This document shows positions 29,886 to 39,557 of a stretch of 64,000 bases of DNA, piece by piece; position 1 is the first letter of the stretch; each line of letters begins with the position of its first letter. The stretch covers positions 110,128 through 174,127 of the forward strand of contig MTND01000022.1 of the NCBI GenBank assembly GCA_002010305.1, read 5' to 3'. The notes below the pieces were generated by a model, which ran no database searches, was not told where the DNA came from, and was given only the letters and a program-made list of their open reading frames with translations. Position numbers and translations under genes: made by a program. Source of the stretch: Archaeoglobi archaeon JdFR-42. GTDB taxonomy: Archaea; Halobacteriota; Archaeoglobi; Archaeoglobales; JdFR-42.

Positions 29886-30401
29886 ATGCAATTGGCAGAA
29901 CCGGAAGAACTGATCTTGGAAGAATTTATCAAGAGAGTTGCAGGTGAAGAAGGACTGATCATATTTCATAATGCTCTCTCGAGAGAATTCACCGATGAAG
30001 AAATATCCATCAAAACAGGGCTAGATCTCAACTCAGCTCGGAGAGCCCTATTTGCCCTTTATGAATCAGGACTTGCCGAATATAGAAGAGAGAAAGACGA
30101 GGATAGTGGATGGCTTACCTACTATTGGAAAATCATTCCTGAGAAAGGAAAAGCTGTCTTGAAAAGAGAACTGGAAAAAGCAAAAAGAAATTTTAAGCTT
30201 AAGATCGAATTTGAAAGCAGTAATATGTTCTATTACTGTAAAAATGGCTGTGGCAAGATTTTATTTGAAGACGCCATGTCCTTCAATTTTGTCTGCCCAA
30301 ACTGTGGCTCTTCTTTGGATTTTGTAGATAACACAAAACTCTTGGAATTCCTTGAAGAAGAAATACAGAAAATAGACAATATGTTAAAATCATTGATGTA
30401 A
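29886..30401 (+). CDS. tfe: transcription factor E (TFE alpha)
   Basis: Winged helix plus zinc ribbon CKNGCG...CPNCGS. The ATG at 29886 is preferred over the track TTG at 29877. Confidence 0.85.
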   Translation: MQLAEPEELILEEFIKRVAGEEGLIIFHNALSREFTDEEISIKTGLDLNSARRALFALYESGLAEYRREKDEDSGWLTYYWKIIPEKGKAVLKRELEKAKRNFKLKIEFESSNMFYYCKNGCGKILFEDAMSFNFVCPNCGSSLDFVDNTKLLEFLEEEIQKIDNMLKSLM

Positions 30402-30436
30402 GCCTGATATATCTGAGGAATGTATTTATCGGTTTA

Positions 30437-30889
30437 TTAAATTGCTACCACGAGCCATCGTATTTCATCTTTGTCGTGCAAGAGCCTCCCATTGATGTGT
30501 TCAGCAAGATATGCCATTATGTTGATTAAATCTTCTTTATCTGGAATATTTTCGTTATGTTCCAGGAGGACTTTCACTATATCACCCAATGGTTCATCAT
30601 TCAGTATCAGATGTATTTTCATAGCTTTGGTAGTAACTCCATAAAAGTCCTCTTTTCTACGATTGATTTCCCTCAAACAGAGTTGTGCAGCTCTAGTCTC
30701 GGTACTCTGTTTATCGGATACCTTGAAAGGGATATTGCCAAAGGTTTTTTTCCAGATTTCTCCCTCGTCCATATTGACACCATCTGGGTTATTTCTTTCC
30801 TGTATAATTTTTCGTCTATGTTCTGGTAGAAAATTCTTTAAAGTTAAAAATATAAATCTGTGTTGGTATGAATGAGTCCTACTGTGCAC
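30437..30889 (-). CDS. hypothetical protein (start uncertain; alternative ATG at 30772)
   Basis: 150-aa ORF with no recognisable motif. The long form overlaps the dacZ start. Confidence 0.35.
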   Translation of the reverse strand: MHSRTHSYQHRFIFLTLKNFLPEHRRKIIQERNNPDGVNMDEGEIWKKTFGNIPFKVSDKQSTETRAAQLCLREINRRKEDFYGVTTKAMKIHLILNDEPLGDIVKVLLEHNENIPDKEDLINIMAYLAEHINGRLLHDKDEIRWLVVAI

Positions 30890-31747
30890 TTTGAAAAAGA
30901 TATTCTTAATACGGGATTGGAAGTGGCGAAGAAGTTTAATGCATCTGCAGTGGTTATTATCACTGGTGAAGAATTTCAGGACTTAGAATTTCCAGATGAT
31001 ATACCTGTAATTGTTGCGCCCAAAAAATATGCTTTCTTGATTGAAAGTTCCGTAGATAATCTGGTGGAAGAAACAGATCTAGATAAACTTCTCGGTAGTG
31101 AGATCATCATCAAAACATTGCAACTACCCCCTACTGCCGAATACGTATCAACTCTGGCATATTTCAAAGAAGGAATGAGAGAAGGTTTGATTATCGGTTT
31201 AGTTATACTGGACTCCATTAAGGCGATATTGCTGGTGGATTTTGAGAAAAGTCGGATATATCGGGTGGTAGAAGAATGCAGAGAAAGAGTTCCGATTGAA
31301 ACTATAAAGGCCATTTTGAAACTGGCCATCTCAATCTCTAATCGTGGTAGAGAAGGACAGAAGGTTGGTACAGCCTTTGTGATAGGGGATGTTGATGAAG
31401 TTATGAAGAGATCCTATCAATTGATTTTAAATCCATTTGAAGGGCAATCAGAGGATGTTAAAGATATTAAAAATCCGGAAAACTGGGAAAGTATCAGAGA
31501 GTTAGCCCAGCTAGATGGAGTATTTGTGGTAGATGAAAATGGAATTATAGTGGCAGGAGGAAGATATCTGAGTGTAAGTGGTAAAGAGGTTCGAATGAAG
31601 AAGGGGCTGGGTAGCAGGCATGTAGCGTGTGCAGCTATAACTAGAGAGACTCAGGCCATTGCAGTTACAGTCTCAGAAAGTGGAGGTATTGTTAGAATCT
31701 TTAAAGATGGAGAAGAACTGATAGAAATAGAATCAGGTATGCTATAG
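30872..31747 (+). CDS. dacZ: diadenylate cyclase, archaeal DacZ type
   Basis: 291 aa. The C-terminal DAC domain has GTAFVIGD, DGVFVVDENG and GSRHVACAAIT. Confidence 0.8.
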   Translation: MSPTVHFEKDILNTGLEVAKKFNASAVVIITGEEFQDLEFPDDIPVIVAPKKYAFLIESSVDNLVEETDLDKLLGSEIIIKTLQLPPTAEYVSTLAYFKEGMREGLIIGLVILDSIKAILLVDFEKSRIYRVVEECRERVPIETIKAILKLAISISNRGREGQKVGTAFVIGDVDEVMKRSYQLILNPFEGQSEDVKDIKNPENWESIRELAQLDGVFVVDENGIIVAGGRYLSVSGKEVRMKKGLGSRHVACAAITRETQAIAVTVSESGGIVRIFKDGEELIEIESGML

Positions 31748-31771
31748 CTATCTTCGCCTTTAAATTTTTTA

Positions 31772-32410
31772 TCAAACTTTTTTCAACTCCACAGTTACAC
31801 TGTCACTGTCCATAATACCATAGTATCCCATTAAAGCAGGTCCAGGGTTAACCACAAGAGTATTGTTAATTTTTTTAATGCCAGGCTGCTCATGAATGTG
31901 GCCACAAATGATAATATCGAAGACTCCCATGTGCATTTTTATACTCCTGCTTCCTACATGGCCAGCCGGTACACGATCGAGAATTCCATGCGGAGGGGCA
32001 TGAGATATCAGGATGGATTTCCGGGTAGGATGGTCAATCAAAAACTTTTTGATCAGAATTTCTATTTCATCCTCTCTCAACTCGAAAGGTGTTTGAAAAG
32101 GTGTTGGATTTGAGCCACCAACTCCATATATATCAAATTCACCCAAGGTGGTTTTTGTTCCATGTAGATTTATTATGTTTCTGGCTCTTTTCATATATCC
32201 TACAATATCTTTTTGATCACAGTTGCCTGGTACACTGTAAGCAATACACGAATGATCAGCTAGGATCTCGTCTAGTTCTTCAATAAGAGAACTCGGACCA
32301 AAATTGGTTATATCTCCAGAAATAAATATGAGTTCCCCTTCGTAATTGTTTAAAATCTCTCTGAATTTTTTCAGGTTCCCATGGATATCAGTTATAAGTA
32401 GAATTTTCAT
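31772..32410 (-). CDS. calcineurin-like metallophosphoesterase (MJ0936/YfcE-like)
   Basis: 212 aa. Contains ITDIHGN, SGDITN, GNCD and GHIH. Confidence 0.8.
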   Translation of the reverse strand: MKILLITDIHGNLKKFREILNNYEGELIFISGDITNFGPSSLIEELDEILADHSCIAYSVPGNCDQKDIVGYMKRARNIINLHGTKTTLGEFDIYGVGGSNPTPFQTPFELREDEIEILIKKFLIDHPTRKSILISHAPPHGILDRVPAGHVGSRSIKMHMGVFDIIICGHIHEQPGIKKINNTLVVNPGPALMGYYGIMDSDSVTVELKKV

Positions 32411-32535
32411 AAATGTCTCAGCCTCCGTTAATGGGTAAATGTTTTAGGATATGATTTTCTTAAAGGTTTTTCTGTATATGTTCCAGACGTTACTCATATC
32501 CGTTCGATATGGCTATGATTTGGGTGTATAGTCTT

Positions 32536-33858
32536 TTAGCCTCCAATCATTTTGTTTGGAAGCCAAAGAGCCAATCCCGGGAAAAGATACAGTATGACTA
32601 TTTCAAGAAGAATTATGATAATGAAGGGGAGGGACCCTCTGAGAACTTTTCCCAGAGGAACATCTGGTGCAATTCCTTTAATCACGAACAGATTAAGTCC
32701 TACTGGGGGGGTTATCAGACCCGCCTCTAAATTGATGGTCATTATTACTCCAAACCAGAGAGGGTCGAAACCTAGTCCAGTCACTACAGGGTAAAGGATG
32801 GGTGATGTGATGAGGATGATAGCAACTGGTGGCATGAAACACCCCAGGACAAGCAAAAAGATGTTTATAAGAAGCATCAGTATCCATCTGGGCAAATCTA
32901 GGGAAACGATCAAATTAGCAATGGTTTGGGAAATATACAGTTTTGTTAAAACCGTTCCAAACAGAAAAGAAGTGGCAATTATAAGCATTATCATTACTGT
33001 ATCGTTGGTGGAATCTTTAATGATGGAAATATACTCTTTCAGTGAAACCCTATAAATAATTCCCACTAGGAGCATAGCTGCGATAGCTCCAACAGCCGCA
33101 GACTCACTGGGAGTTGCCCAGCCACCATATAAGGATATTATAATAATAACTATAATTAATATAAATGGTATCACTTTGGGGAGAATTATCAGTTTTTCCT
33201 TCATGGTATAGTATTCGATTTCATTGTTATCAACCTTTTGAGGCAATCTATGGGTGAAGTGGTAGACAAGCACGACCCAAACTGAAAACATAGCAGTAAG
33301 CAAAATTCCAGGAATAATTCCAGCGATAAATAACTTCCCTATGGAAGTTTCTGTGGCTATGCCGTAGACTATCATGGTAACGCTGGGAGGAATCAGAATC
33401 CCAAGTGTCCCTCCAGCTGCAATTATACCGCAGGCCAGAGAAGCTGAATATCCTCTTTTCCTCATCTCAGGAATGCCCATTTTCCCTATGGCTGCAGCTG
33501 TTGCAGGGCTAGAACCACAGAGAGCAGCAAATATGGCACAAGATATTAAATTGCTGACCCCCAACCCTCCAGGAAGTCGGTAAAGCCATCTGTGAGCTAC
33601 TTCGTAAAGGTCAGAGCTGGCTTTGGTATTGCCTATCGTTGTCCCTAGCAATATGAAAAGGGGTATGGCCAGAAGGCCAAAATTTTCTAGCCCATCAAAA
33701 AGAGTGTTGGCCACGAGATCAAACTGAGAAGGACCCATAAATATAACAATAAATATGATGGCTACAAATCCAAGAGCAAAAGCTATGGGCATTCCACTTA
33801 GAAGGAATATCAGTGATACTACTCCAACGACTATGCCTAAAGTAAGGGGATCCATCAT
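32536..33858 (-). CDS. dctM: TRAP transporter large permease
   Basis: 440 aa and polytopic. Abuts dctQ with no gap. Confidence 0.9.
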   Translation of the reverse strand: MMDPLTLGIVVGVVSLIFLLSGMPIAFALGFVAIIFIVIFMGPSQFDLVANTLFDGLENFGLLAIPLFILLGTTIGNTKASSDLYEVAHRWLYRLPGGLGVSNLISCAIFAALCGSSPATAAAIGKMGIPEMRKRGYSASLACGIIAAGGTLGILIPPSVTMIVYGIATETSIGKLFIAGIIPGILLTAMFSVWVVLVYHFTHRLPQKVDNNEIEYYTMKEKLIILPKVIPFILIIVIIIISLYGGWATPSESAAVGAIAAMLLVGIIYRVSLKEYISIIKDSTNDTVMIMLIIATSFLFGTVLTKLYISQTIANLIVSLDLPRWILMLLINIFLLVLGCFMPPVAIILITSPILYPVVTGLGFDPLWFGVIMTINLEAGLITPPVGLNLFVIKGIAPDVPLGKVLRGSLPFIIIILLEIVILYLFPGLALWLPNKMIGG

Positions 33859-34401
33859 TCACCCCCCCTCTTGAGTTTGAGATGTAATTGCTCTAAAAAT
33901 ATTGTTGATATACACGATATATTGCAAGATGAGGAGTGTCATACCAACCGGGATGAACAGATATGGTATCCAGAGAGGTGGACCCCAAAGGGATTCTGAC
34001 CTCCAGCCCATGTCGTAGGCTTTCCACCACATGATCCATCCTTTCCACGCGATTATAATCACAAAAATAAGGGACAAAACGGAAGTTATCATATCGAGAA
34101 AATTTTTAGCTCGAGGGGGCAACATTATGGTAATAACCTCAATATTAATATGGGCCTTGTGTTTCAATCCATAAGCAGATCCTACAAAAGTCACCATCAT
34201 CAATAGATATATGGAAAATTCAATTTCCCATATAGTAGGAATTCTAAAAATATATCTGACAAGGACTTCGTATGTCAGTACAATCCCTGCTCCTACGAGA
34301 GCTATACTGGTGATTAACCCAGTAAATTCACTGAGGTTTTCAATAATGGAAAAAAATGAAGATAATTTACTCTTTTCTTCCAAATTGACACCCGCTTCCA
34401 T
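33859..34401 (-). CDS. dctQ: TRAP transporter small permease
   Basis: 180 aa with 4 TM segments, between dctP and dctM. Confidence 0.8.
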   Translation of the reverse strand: MEAGVNLEEKSKLSSFFSIIENLSEFTGLITSIALVGAGIVLTYEVLVRYIFRIPTIWEIEFSIYLLMMVTFVGSAYGLKHKAHINIEVITIMLPPRAKNFLDMITSVLSLIFVIIIAWKGWIMWWKAYDMGWRSESLWGPPLWIPYLFIPVGMTLLILQYIVYINNIFRAITSQTQEGG

Positions 34402-34414
34402 TGAAAGAATGTTA

Positions 34415-35470
34415 CTATACTTGGAGTGCGAGATCGATCAGTTTCTGACCACCTTCTACATCTTGGGCAAATTTTTTCCATGCTGTGTTTCTGGCGAACT
34501 CTGCCCACACGTCCCATTCATCTTTAGTCATGTCATGAACCTCTACACCTTTCTCTGCAAATATGTCTGCAACTCTGCCATTCTCTTTTTTGGTCTCTTC
34601 TCTCATAAACTCTTGAAGTTCCTTTCCAACTTCTGAAACAATTTTTTGCTGCTCAGGTGTGAGTTTGTTCCATGTAGCCATACTCATAACCAGTGGTTCA
34701 AGCATGAACCATATGGCATAATTCCTGGGTGAGTTGTAGTATTTGAGCTGTTCGTACAGTCTGTAGGAATAAAAGGATGAGGATGAAGTGAGACATGCGT
34801 CAAGAACTCCAGTCTGGAGAGCCTGATATAGTTCTGAGGATGGCATACTGGTAATGGCAGCACCAGCCTCATGAAGCATATATTCGAACATTTTTCCAGC
34901 AGCTCTCATTTTCAGCCCTTTTACATCCTCTGGATAGGTAATCGGCTTGGGGATACTACCTATGCCCCCTCCAAACCATGCCCATGTAATCATCTTAATT
35001 CCACTTGCTTCCATGATTCTTTCTACTTCCTGTCCAATCTCAGACTCGATCCATTTCATCCCATGATCGATGCTGGTGATAATACAGGGCATTAAGGTTA
35101 TTGAAAACTGTGGAACTTTTCCTGAAGCATAGTCTAGTGGGAACACAGACATATCTAGGGCTCCTTCTACCATGGCATCAAACTGAGCTTTTGGCTTGAA
35201 AAGTGATTTGGCAGGATATATTTCAAATTTTAAAGCCCCATCAGTTTTCTTTTCCACTTTTTCGGCAAATTTTCTGCTCAACGTATCTCTGACATCTCCT
35301 TGAGCCCATTGATGTGAAATCCGCAAAGTCATTACCTCAGCTTGGGGTTTTTCCTCCTTTTTCTCTGCACACCCGAGAAAGGAAGCTCCCAGCATCAGAG
35401 CAGACCCAGCAATAGCTCCCTTAATAAACCCCCTCCTCGAAATCATGTGCAGTGTGTTAGTAACTATCAT
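34415..35470 (-). CDS. dctP: TRAP transporter substrate-binding protein with Tat signal and lipobox
   Basis: 351 aa. SRRGFIKG twin-arginine motif followed by FLGC. Confidence 0.85.
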   Translation of the reverse strand: MIVTNTLHMISRRGFIKGAIAGSALMLGASFLGCAEKKEEKPQAEVMTLRISHQWAQGDVRDTLSRKFAEKVEKKTDGALKFEIYPAKSLFKPKAQFDAMVEGALDMSVFPLDYASGKVPQFSITLMPCIITSIDHGMKWIESEIGQEVERIMEASGIKMITWAWFGGGIGSIPKPITYPEDVKGLKMRAAGKMFEYMLHEAGAAITSMPSSELYQALQTGVLDACLTSSSSFYSYRLYEQLKYYNSPRNYAIWFMLEPLVMSMATWNKLTPEQQKIVSEVGKELQEFMREETKKENGRVADIFAEKGVEVHDMTKDEWDVWAEFARNTAWKKFAQDVEGGQKLIDLALQV

Positions 35471-35639
35471 ATAAAAGAATTACGATATATCAGTTGTTTT
35501 GTTGGATTTATAACATATTAAATGTCTATTTTTTACTATAAAACCAAGTTTATTATACATTTATTGTAAAAAAACCAACTCCTCTATTACCAATTATTTT
35601 TTGTAATATTGAAACCATGACATTAGAAGGGTGGGAAAT

Positions 35640-37226
35640 ATGAAAGTGGCAGACGCTATTATTGAGCAACTATTCGAGTGGGGGGTTAAACACATTTTTG
35701 GCATACCAGGTCACACATGTCTTGGACTTGTTGAGGCGATACGTTCCCATGGAAAGGTAGATTTTGTCCGGGTGAGGCATGAAGAAGGGGCATCGTTGAT
35801 GGCCTCTGCTTATGCTAAACTCACCGGTAATATCGGGACATGTCTTACTATCGCGGGACCTGGAGCGACAAATTTAATGACCGGTCTGTATGACGCCAAG
35901 ATGGATAGAGCACCTGTCCTCGCTCTCACTGGCCAAGTAAAACTTCAGTATATTGGGCCAGGGAGCTTCCAGGAAATTGACCAGCAGGCTCTGTTTGAAT
36001 CTGTTTCTGTATTTAATGAGACTATTGTGTCTGAAGAACAAACTGTGGAACTGGTTATTTTAGCATTGAGGCATTCTTTAATTGAGAGAGGTGTTTCCCA
36101 TCTTTCCATTCCAAATGATGTCCAGACAAAGGTTTTTAACGGGAAAATATTGCCAAGAGATGGTTTTTTACCAAATATGAGAGTTGTCCCTCCTGAAGAG
36201 GAATTAAGGAAGGCTATTGAACTCATCAATAGCAGTGAGAAAATAACTATAATAGCCGGATGGGGGTGCATAGCCGGAAGGGAAAAGTTGCTGGAGTTTG
36301 CGGAAAAGATCCAGGCACCTGTTGCAACAACTTTCAGGGCAAAAGGCCTCATCCCTGAGATGCATCCTCTTAGTATAGGTGTGTTGGGAAATGTCGGATC
36401 TGGGTATGCCAGAAAAATTGTAAATAAATCTGATCTTCTTATCGTGTTAGGCTCTTCTTTTTCAGATATGACCAATATTCCCGATAAACCGATCATCCAT
36501 ATAGACATAGATCCCATTCAGATTGGACGTCGGAGGGGAGCATCAGTGGGGCTCTGGGGTGATTGTACTTCAACTCTTCCATACCTTATAGAAGGGGTGA
36601 ATGAGAGGAAAAGTAATGGCATGGTTGATGAGATAAGAAAAAAGAAGAAAGAGTGGTTTGAACGGCTGGATAGAGAAGCAGATTCCAATAAGATTCCTGT
36701 GAGACCACCTTATATTATGAAAACTCTTACTGAGCTGGTGGAAGAAGATGCAATTATAACTACTGATGTTGGGGAAAATGGGTGGTGGCTGGGGAGAAAT
36801 TTTATCGCAACCAATCAGAAAATATTGCTTTCGGGATATCTGGCCACCATGGGATTTGGGTTGCCTGCGGCCATAGCTTCAAAGCTGGCCATGCCTGATA
36901 AACAAGTGGTGTGTGTAACTGGAGATGGTGGATTTTCTCAGATCATGGGAGAGTTCATGACGGCCGTAGAAAGGGAACTACCTATAACGGTCGTTCTGAT
37001 GAACAACCATGCTCTTGGAATGATCGCCGTTGAGCAAAAGATGGAGAGATATCCAAATTTTGCCACCAAGCTGAAAAACGCTGATTTTGCTGAATTTGCT
37101 GAGAGTTCTGGGGGGGCAGGATATCATGTAAAGAGACCTGAAGACCTGGAAGATGCATTGAACTCTGCAATGAAGGAAAAAGTACCAAGTCTGGTAGACA
37201 TTGACACCGATCCTAAGAGATTTTGA
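35640..37226 (+). CDS. thiamine-pyrophosphate enzyme (PoxB / acetolactate synthase large-subunit family)
   Basis: About 528 aa. Contains GIPGHT and the GDGGF...NN TPP-binding motif. Substrate cannot be assigned. Confidence 0.8.
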   Translation: MKVADAIIEQLFEWGVKHIFGIPGHTCLGLVEAIRSHGKVDFVRVRHEEGASLMASAYAKLTGNIGTCLTIAGPGATNLMTGLYDAKMDRAPVLALTGQVKLQYIGPGSFQEIDQQALFESVSVFNETIVSEEQTVELVILALRHSLIERGVSHLSIPNDVQTKVFNGKILPRDGFLPNMRVVPPEEELRKAIELINSSEKITIIAGWGCIAGREKLLEFAEKIQAPVATTFRAKGLIPEMHPLSIGVLGNVGSGYARKIVNKSDLLIVLGSSFSDMTNIPDKPIIHIDIDPIQIGRRRGASVGLWGDCTSTLPYLIEGVNERKSNGMVDEIRKKKKEWFERLDREADSNKIPVRPPYIMKTLTELVEEDAIITTDVGENGWWLGRNFIATNQKILLSGYLATMGFGLPAAIASKLAMPDKQVVCVTGDGGFSQIMGEFMTAVERELPITVVLMNNHALGMIAVEQKMERYPNFATKLKNADFAEFAESSGGAGYHVKRPEDLEDALNSAMKEKVPSLVDIDTDPKRF

Positions 37227-37399
37227 TAGATGGCATTATTGTCTCTCTCACTTTTTTCGTTCTCTGGGCTCTTCTAAAATATGGCATTGTATTCTCAACC
37301 TGAATGACACAGTGCAATGAATCGATTCATCTTTTCAGTGGCTATTTAGTCCTAATTGTATAATCGTTTATCTCTGGAAAATAAACGTTTTACACCACA

Positions 37400-37810
37400 T
37401 CAGGAATTCAGAAGAGGATATCCCTTTTGCTTCCAGGCTATCATCCCTCCTTCAAGATCTATGATGTTTGTATATCCCAGCTCAGCCAATCTGGAAGCTG
37501 CAATAGCGCTCATACGCCCACTCATGCAGTATACCACGATTTTAGCACTCTTATCCGGCAGTTTATCTAGACTCTCATCAATTTTGTTATACGGGATAAA
37601 CAGATCAGTACCAGGAATCTCTCCTTGATAAGGTATATGGACGTTCACAAGAAGAAAGTCTTTGTTCTGCAACATTTTTGAAAGTTCGTCGGGAGAGATG
37701 GTGGCATAGGTTCCAGTAGCTCTCTCTTTATTTGAATTTAAAATCAAGGTACTAACTCCAATCCCAACGATTATCACCAGAATCAGGCCTACGGTGACAC
37801 TCTTTTTCAT
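37400..37810 (-). CDS. membrane-anchored rhodanese-domain sulfurtransferase
   Basis: 136 aa with an N-terminal TM segment and the active-site loop VVYCMSGRMS. Confidence 0.8.
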   Translation of the reverse strand: MKKSVTVGLILVIIVGIGVSTLILNSNKERATGTYATISPDELSKMLQNKDFLLVNVHIPYQGEIPGTDLFIPYNKIDESLDKLPDKSAKIVVYCMSGRMSAIAASRLAELGYTNIIDLEGGMIAWKQKGYPLLNS

Positions 37811-37909
37811 AATCGTGAGAATCCATGAATATATAAATAAACCTATCGGGGTATGATATATCGACTCAATCCCGCAAACCCTTGAAGTGAATTCTGGACC
37901 ATTTACCCC

Positions 37910-39331
37910 TCATATAGTCTTGTTAAGGGCCTCTGGTACTTTCAGAACTTTTATTGTATTAGTTGTTCCTGGGACTCCAAAGGGAAAACCGGAGATTATT
38001 ATGATATCCCCATCTTCCCTAATAATTCCTTTTCTAAGGCCCTCTTTTACTATATCAGCAACCACACTCTCAAAATTTCTATCAGCAGGTATGGATATCA
38101 GAGGTATGCATCCCCAGACAAGAGAAAATTTTCTCAGAGTGATTTCATCATGAGCTGCAATAAGAATTGGAACTGGAGGTCTATATCGAGATATCTGGAA
38201 AGCAGATGTACCGGTGCGAGTAAAAGAGATGATGGCATCTATATCCAACTCCATGGATAGAATAGCGGCTGAATATGCTATGGATTCGGTTGTGTCTTCA
38301 GGAGTATATTGTTCGAGGTACGGGAATATATTCTCTGCCTGTCTTATTGTCCTGTCCATCATCCTAACGGCTTCGACAGGATACTTACCCATAGCTGTCT
38401 CTTCTGAAAGCATCACAGCATCAGTACCATCCAGAACAGCGTTGGCTATATCAGTCACCTCTGCTCTCGTGGGATGTGGTTGAACCACCATGGATTTCAT
38501 CATCTGAGTTGCAGTAATTACGGGTTTTCCCATTTTGTTTGCCATTTTTATGGCTCTTTTTTGCACTATTGGAATATCTTCAAGAGGTATTTCTACACCC
38601 AAATCCCCTCTGGCCACCATGATACCGTCAGCAACTTTTAAAATCTCTTTCAGATTATCGACAGCCTCACTTTTCTCTATTTTGGCTATAACTGGAGCCT
38701 TCCTGGCATATTCTTCCATGATATCTTTTAACTCTTTTACATCTTTTCCAGATCTCACAAATGACATTGCTACCCAATCAACGCCTTTTTCAAGGCCAAA
38801 TTTCAAATCTTTTTTATCTTTCTCTGTTATCGGGTCAATTTCGAAAGGAATATTCGGGAGATTCACTCCTTTATAGGAAGAAAGAACACCTCCTTCAAGA
38901 ACTTCTGTTGTCACTTCTCCATCATCTGTTTCAATTACTCTCAATTTTATTGAACCATCAGCCAGATATATTACGTCTCCTTCAGTTAAATACTCTAAAA
39001 CATGTGGATGACTTATAGAGATTCTCCTTTTATCACTCTTTTTTTGGCCTGTAAGTAAAATCACATCTCCTTGATGGAGAGTTACAGGGTTTGGGAGTTT
39101 ACCTATCCGAATTTTTGGACCTGCCAGATCTTGAAGTATGGCTACTACCTTCTCCAGGTTTCTGGATATTGTTTTAACCTTTTTGATCAATGTACCATGA
39201 TATACCTCTTTCCCGTAAGAGAAATTAAGCCGAGCAACATCTATTCCGGCTATTATAAGTTTTTTTATCATTTCAGGCGATTCAGTAGCAGGTCCAAGAG
39301 TGCAAACAATTTTTGTTTTTCTCATTATCAT
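37910..39331 (-). CDS. pyk: pyruvate kinase
   Basis: 473 aa. Contains TKIVCTLGPA, MVARGDLGVEIP and MLSEETA. Confidence 0.9.
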   Translation of the reverse strand: MIMRKTKIVCTLGPATESPEMIKKLIIAGIDVARLNFSYGKEVYHGTLIKKVKTISRNLEKVVAILQDLAGPKIRIGKLPNPVTLHQGDVILLTGQKKSDKRRISISHPHVLEYLTEGDVIYLADGSIKLRVIETDDGEVTTEVLEGGVLSSYKGVNLPNIPFEIDPITEKDKKDLKFGLEKGVDWVAMSFVRSGKDVKELKDIMEEYARKAPVIAKIEKSEAVDNLKEILKVADGIMVARGDLGVEIPLEDIPIVQKRAIKMANKMGKPVITATQMMKSMVVQPHPTRAEVTDIANAVLDGTDAVMLSEETAMGKYPVEAVRMMDRTIRQAENIFPYLEQYTPEDTTESIAYSAAILSMELDIDAIISFTRTGTSAFQISRYRPPVPILIAAHDEITLRKFSLVWGCIPLISIPADRNFESVVADIVKEGLRKGIIREDGDIIIISGFPFGVPGTTNTIKVLKVPEALNKTI

Positions 39332-39480
39332 TTTATTCTTCTGTTCTTAGTATTTTATATATTTGTGTTTAGACCATGGGGTTTATACCTTTATGATTAG
39401 AAAATACGAAATATTATGTGTTTATGGGGAAAAATACAGCAGGAATGGAATCTTCAGATTTTCTAAACCGTCTAAAGAAA

Positions 39481-39522
39481 CTGTTATTGTACGCTAACAG
39501 ACTGTAAATCGGGGATTTACAA
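39481..39522 (-). repeat. bipartite palindromic element, diverged copy E
   Basis: The + strand reads CTGTTA-TTGTACGC-TAACAG-A-CTGTAAATC-GGGG-ATTTACAA. Lies between pyk (-) and the actin-fold gene (+), next to a TTTTAAATAT TATA-like box. Confidence 0.5.
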
Positions 39523-39557
39523 AACTTTTAAATATCGAGTGGTGGTATCTAAACCAG

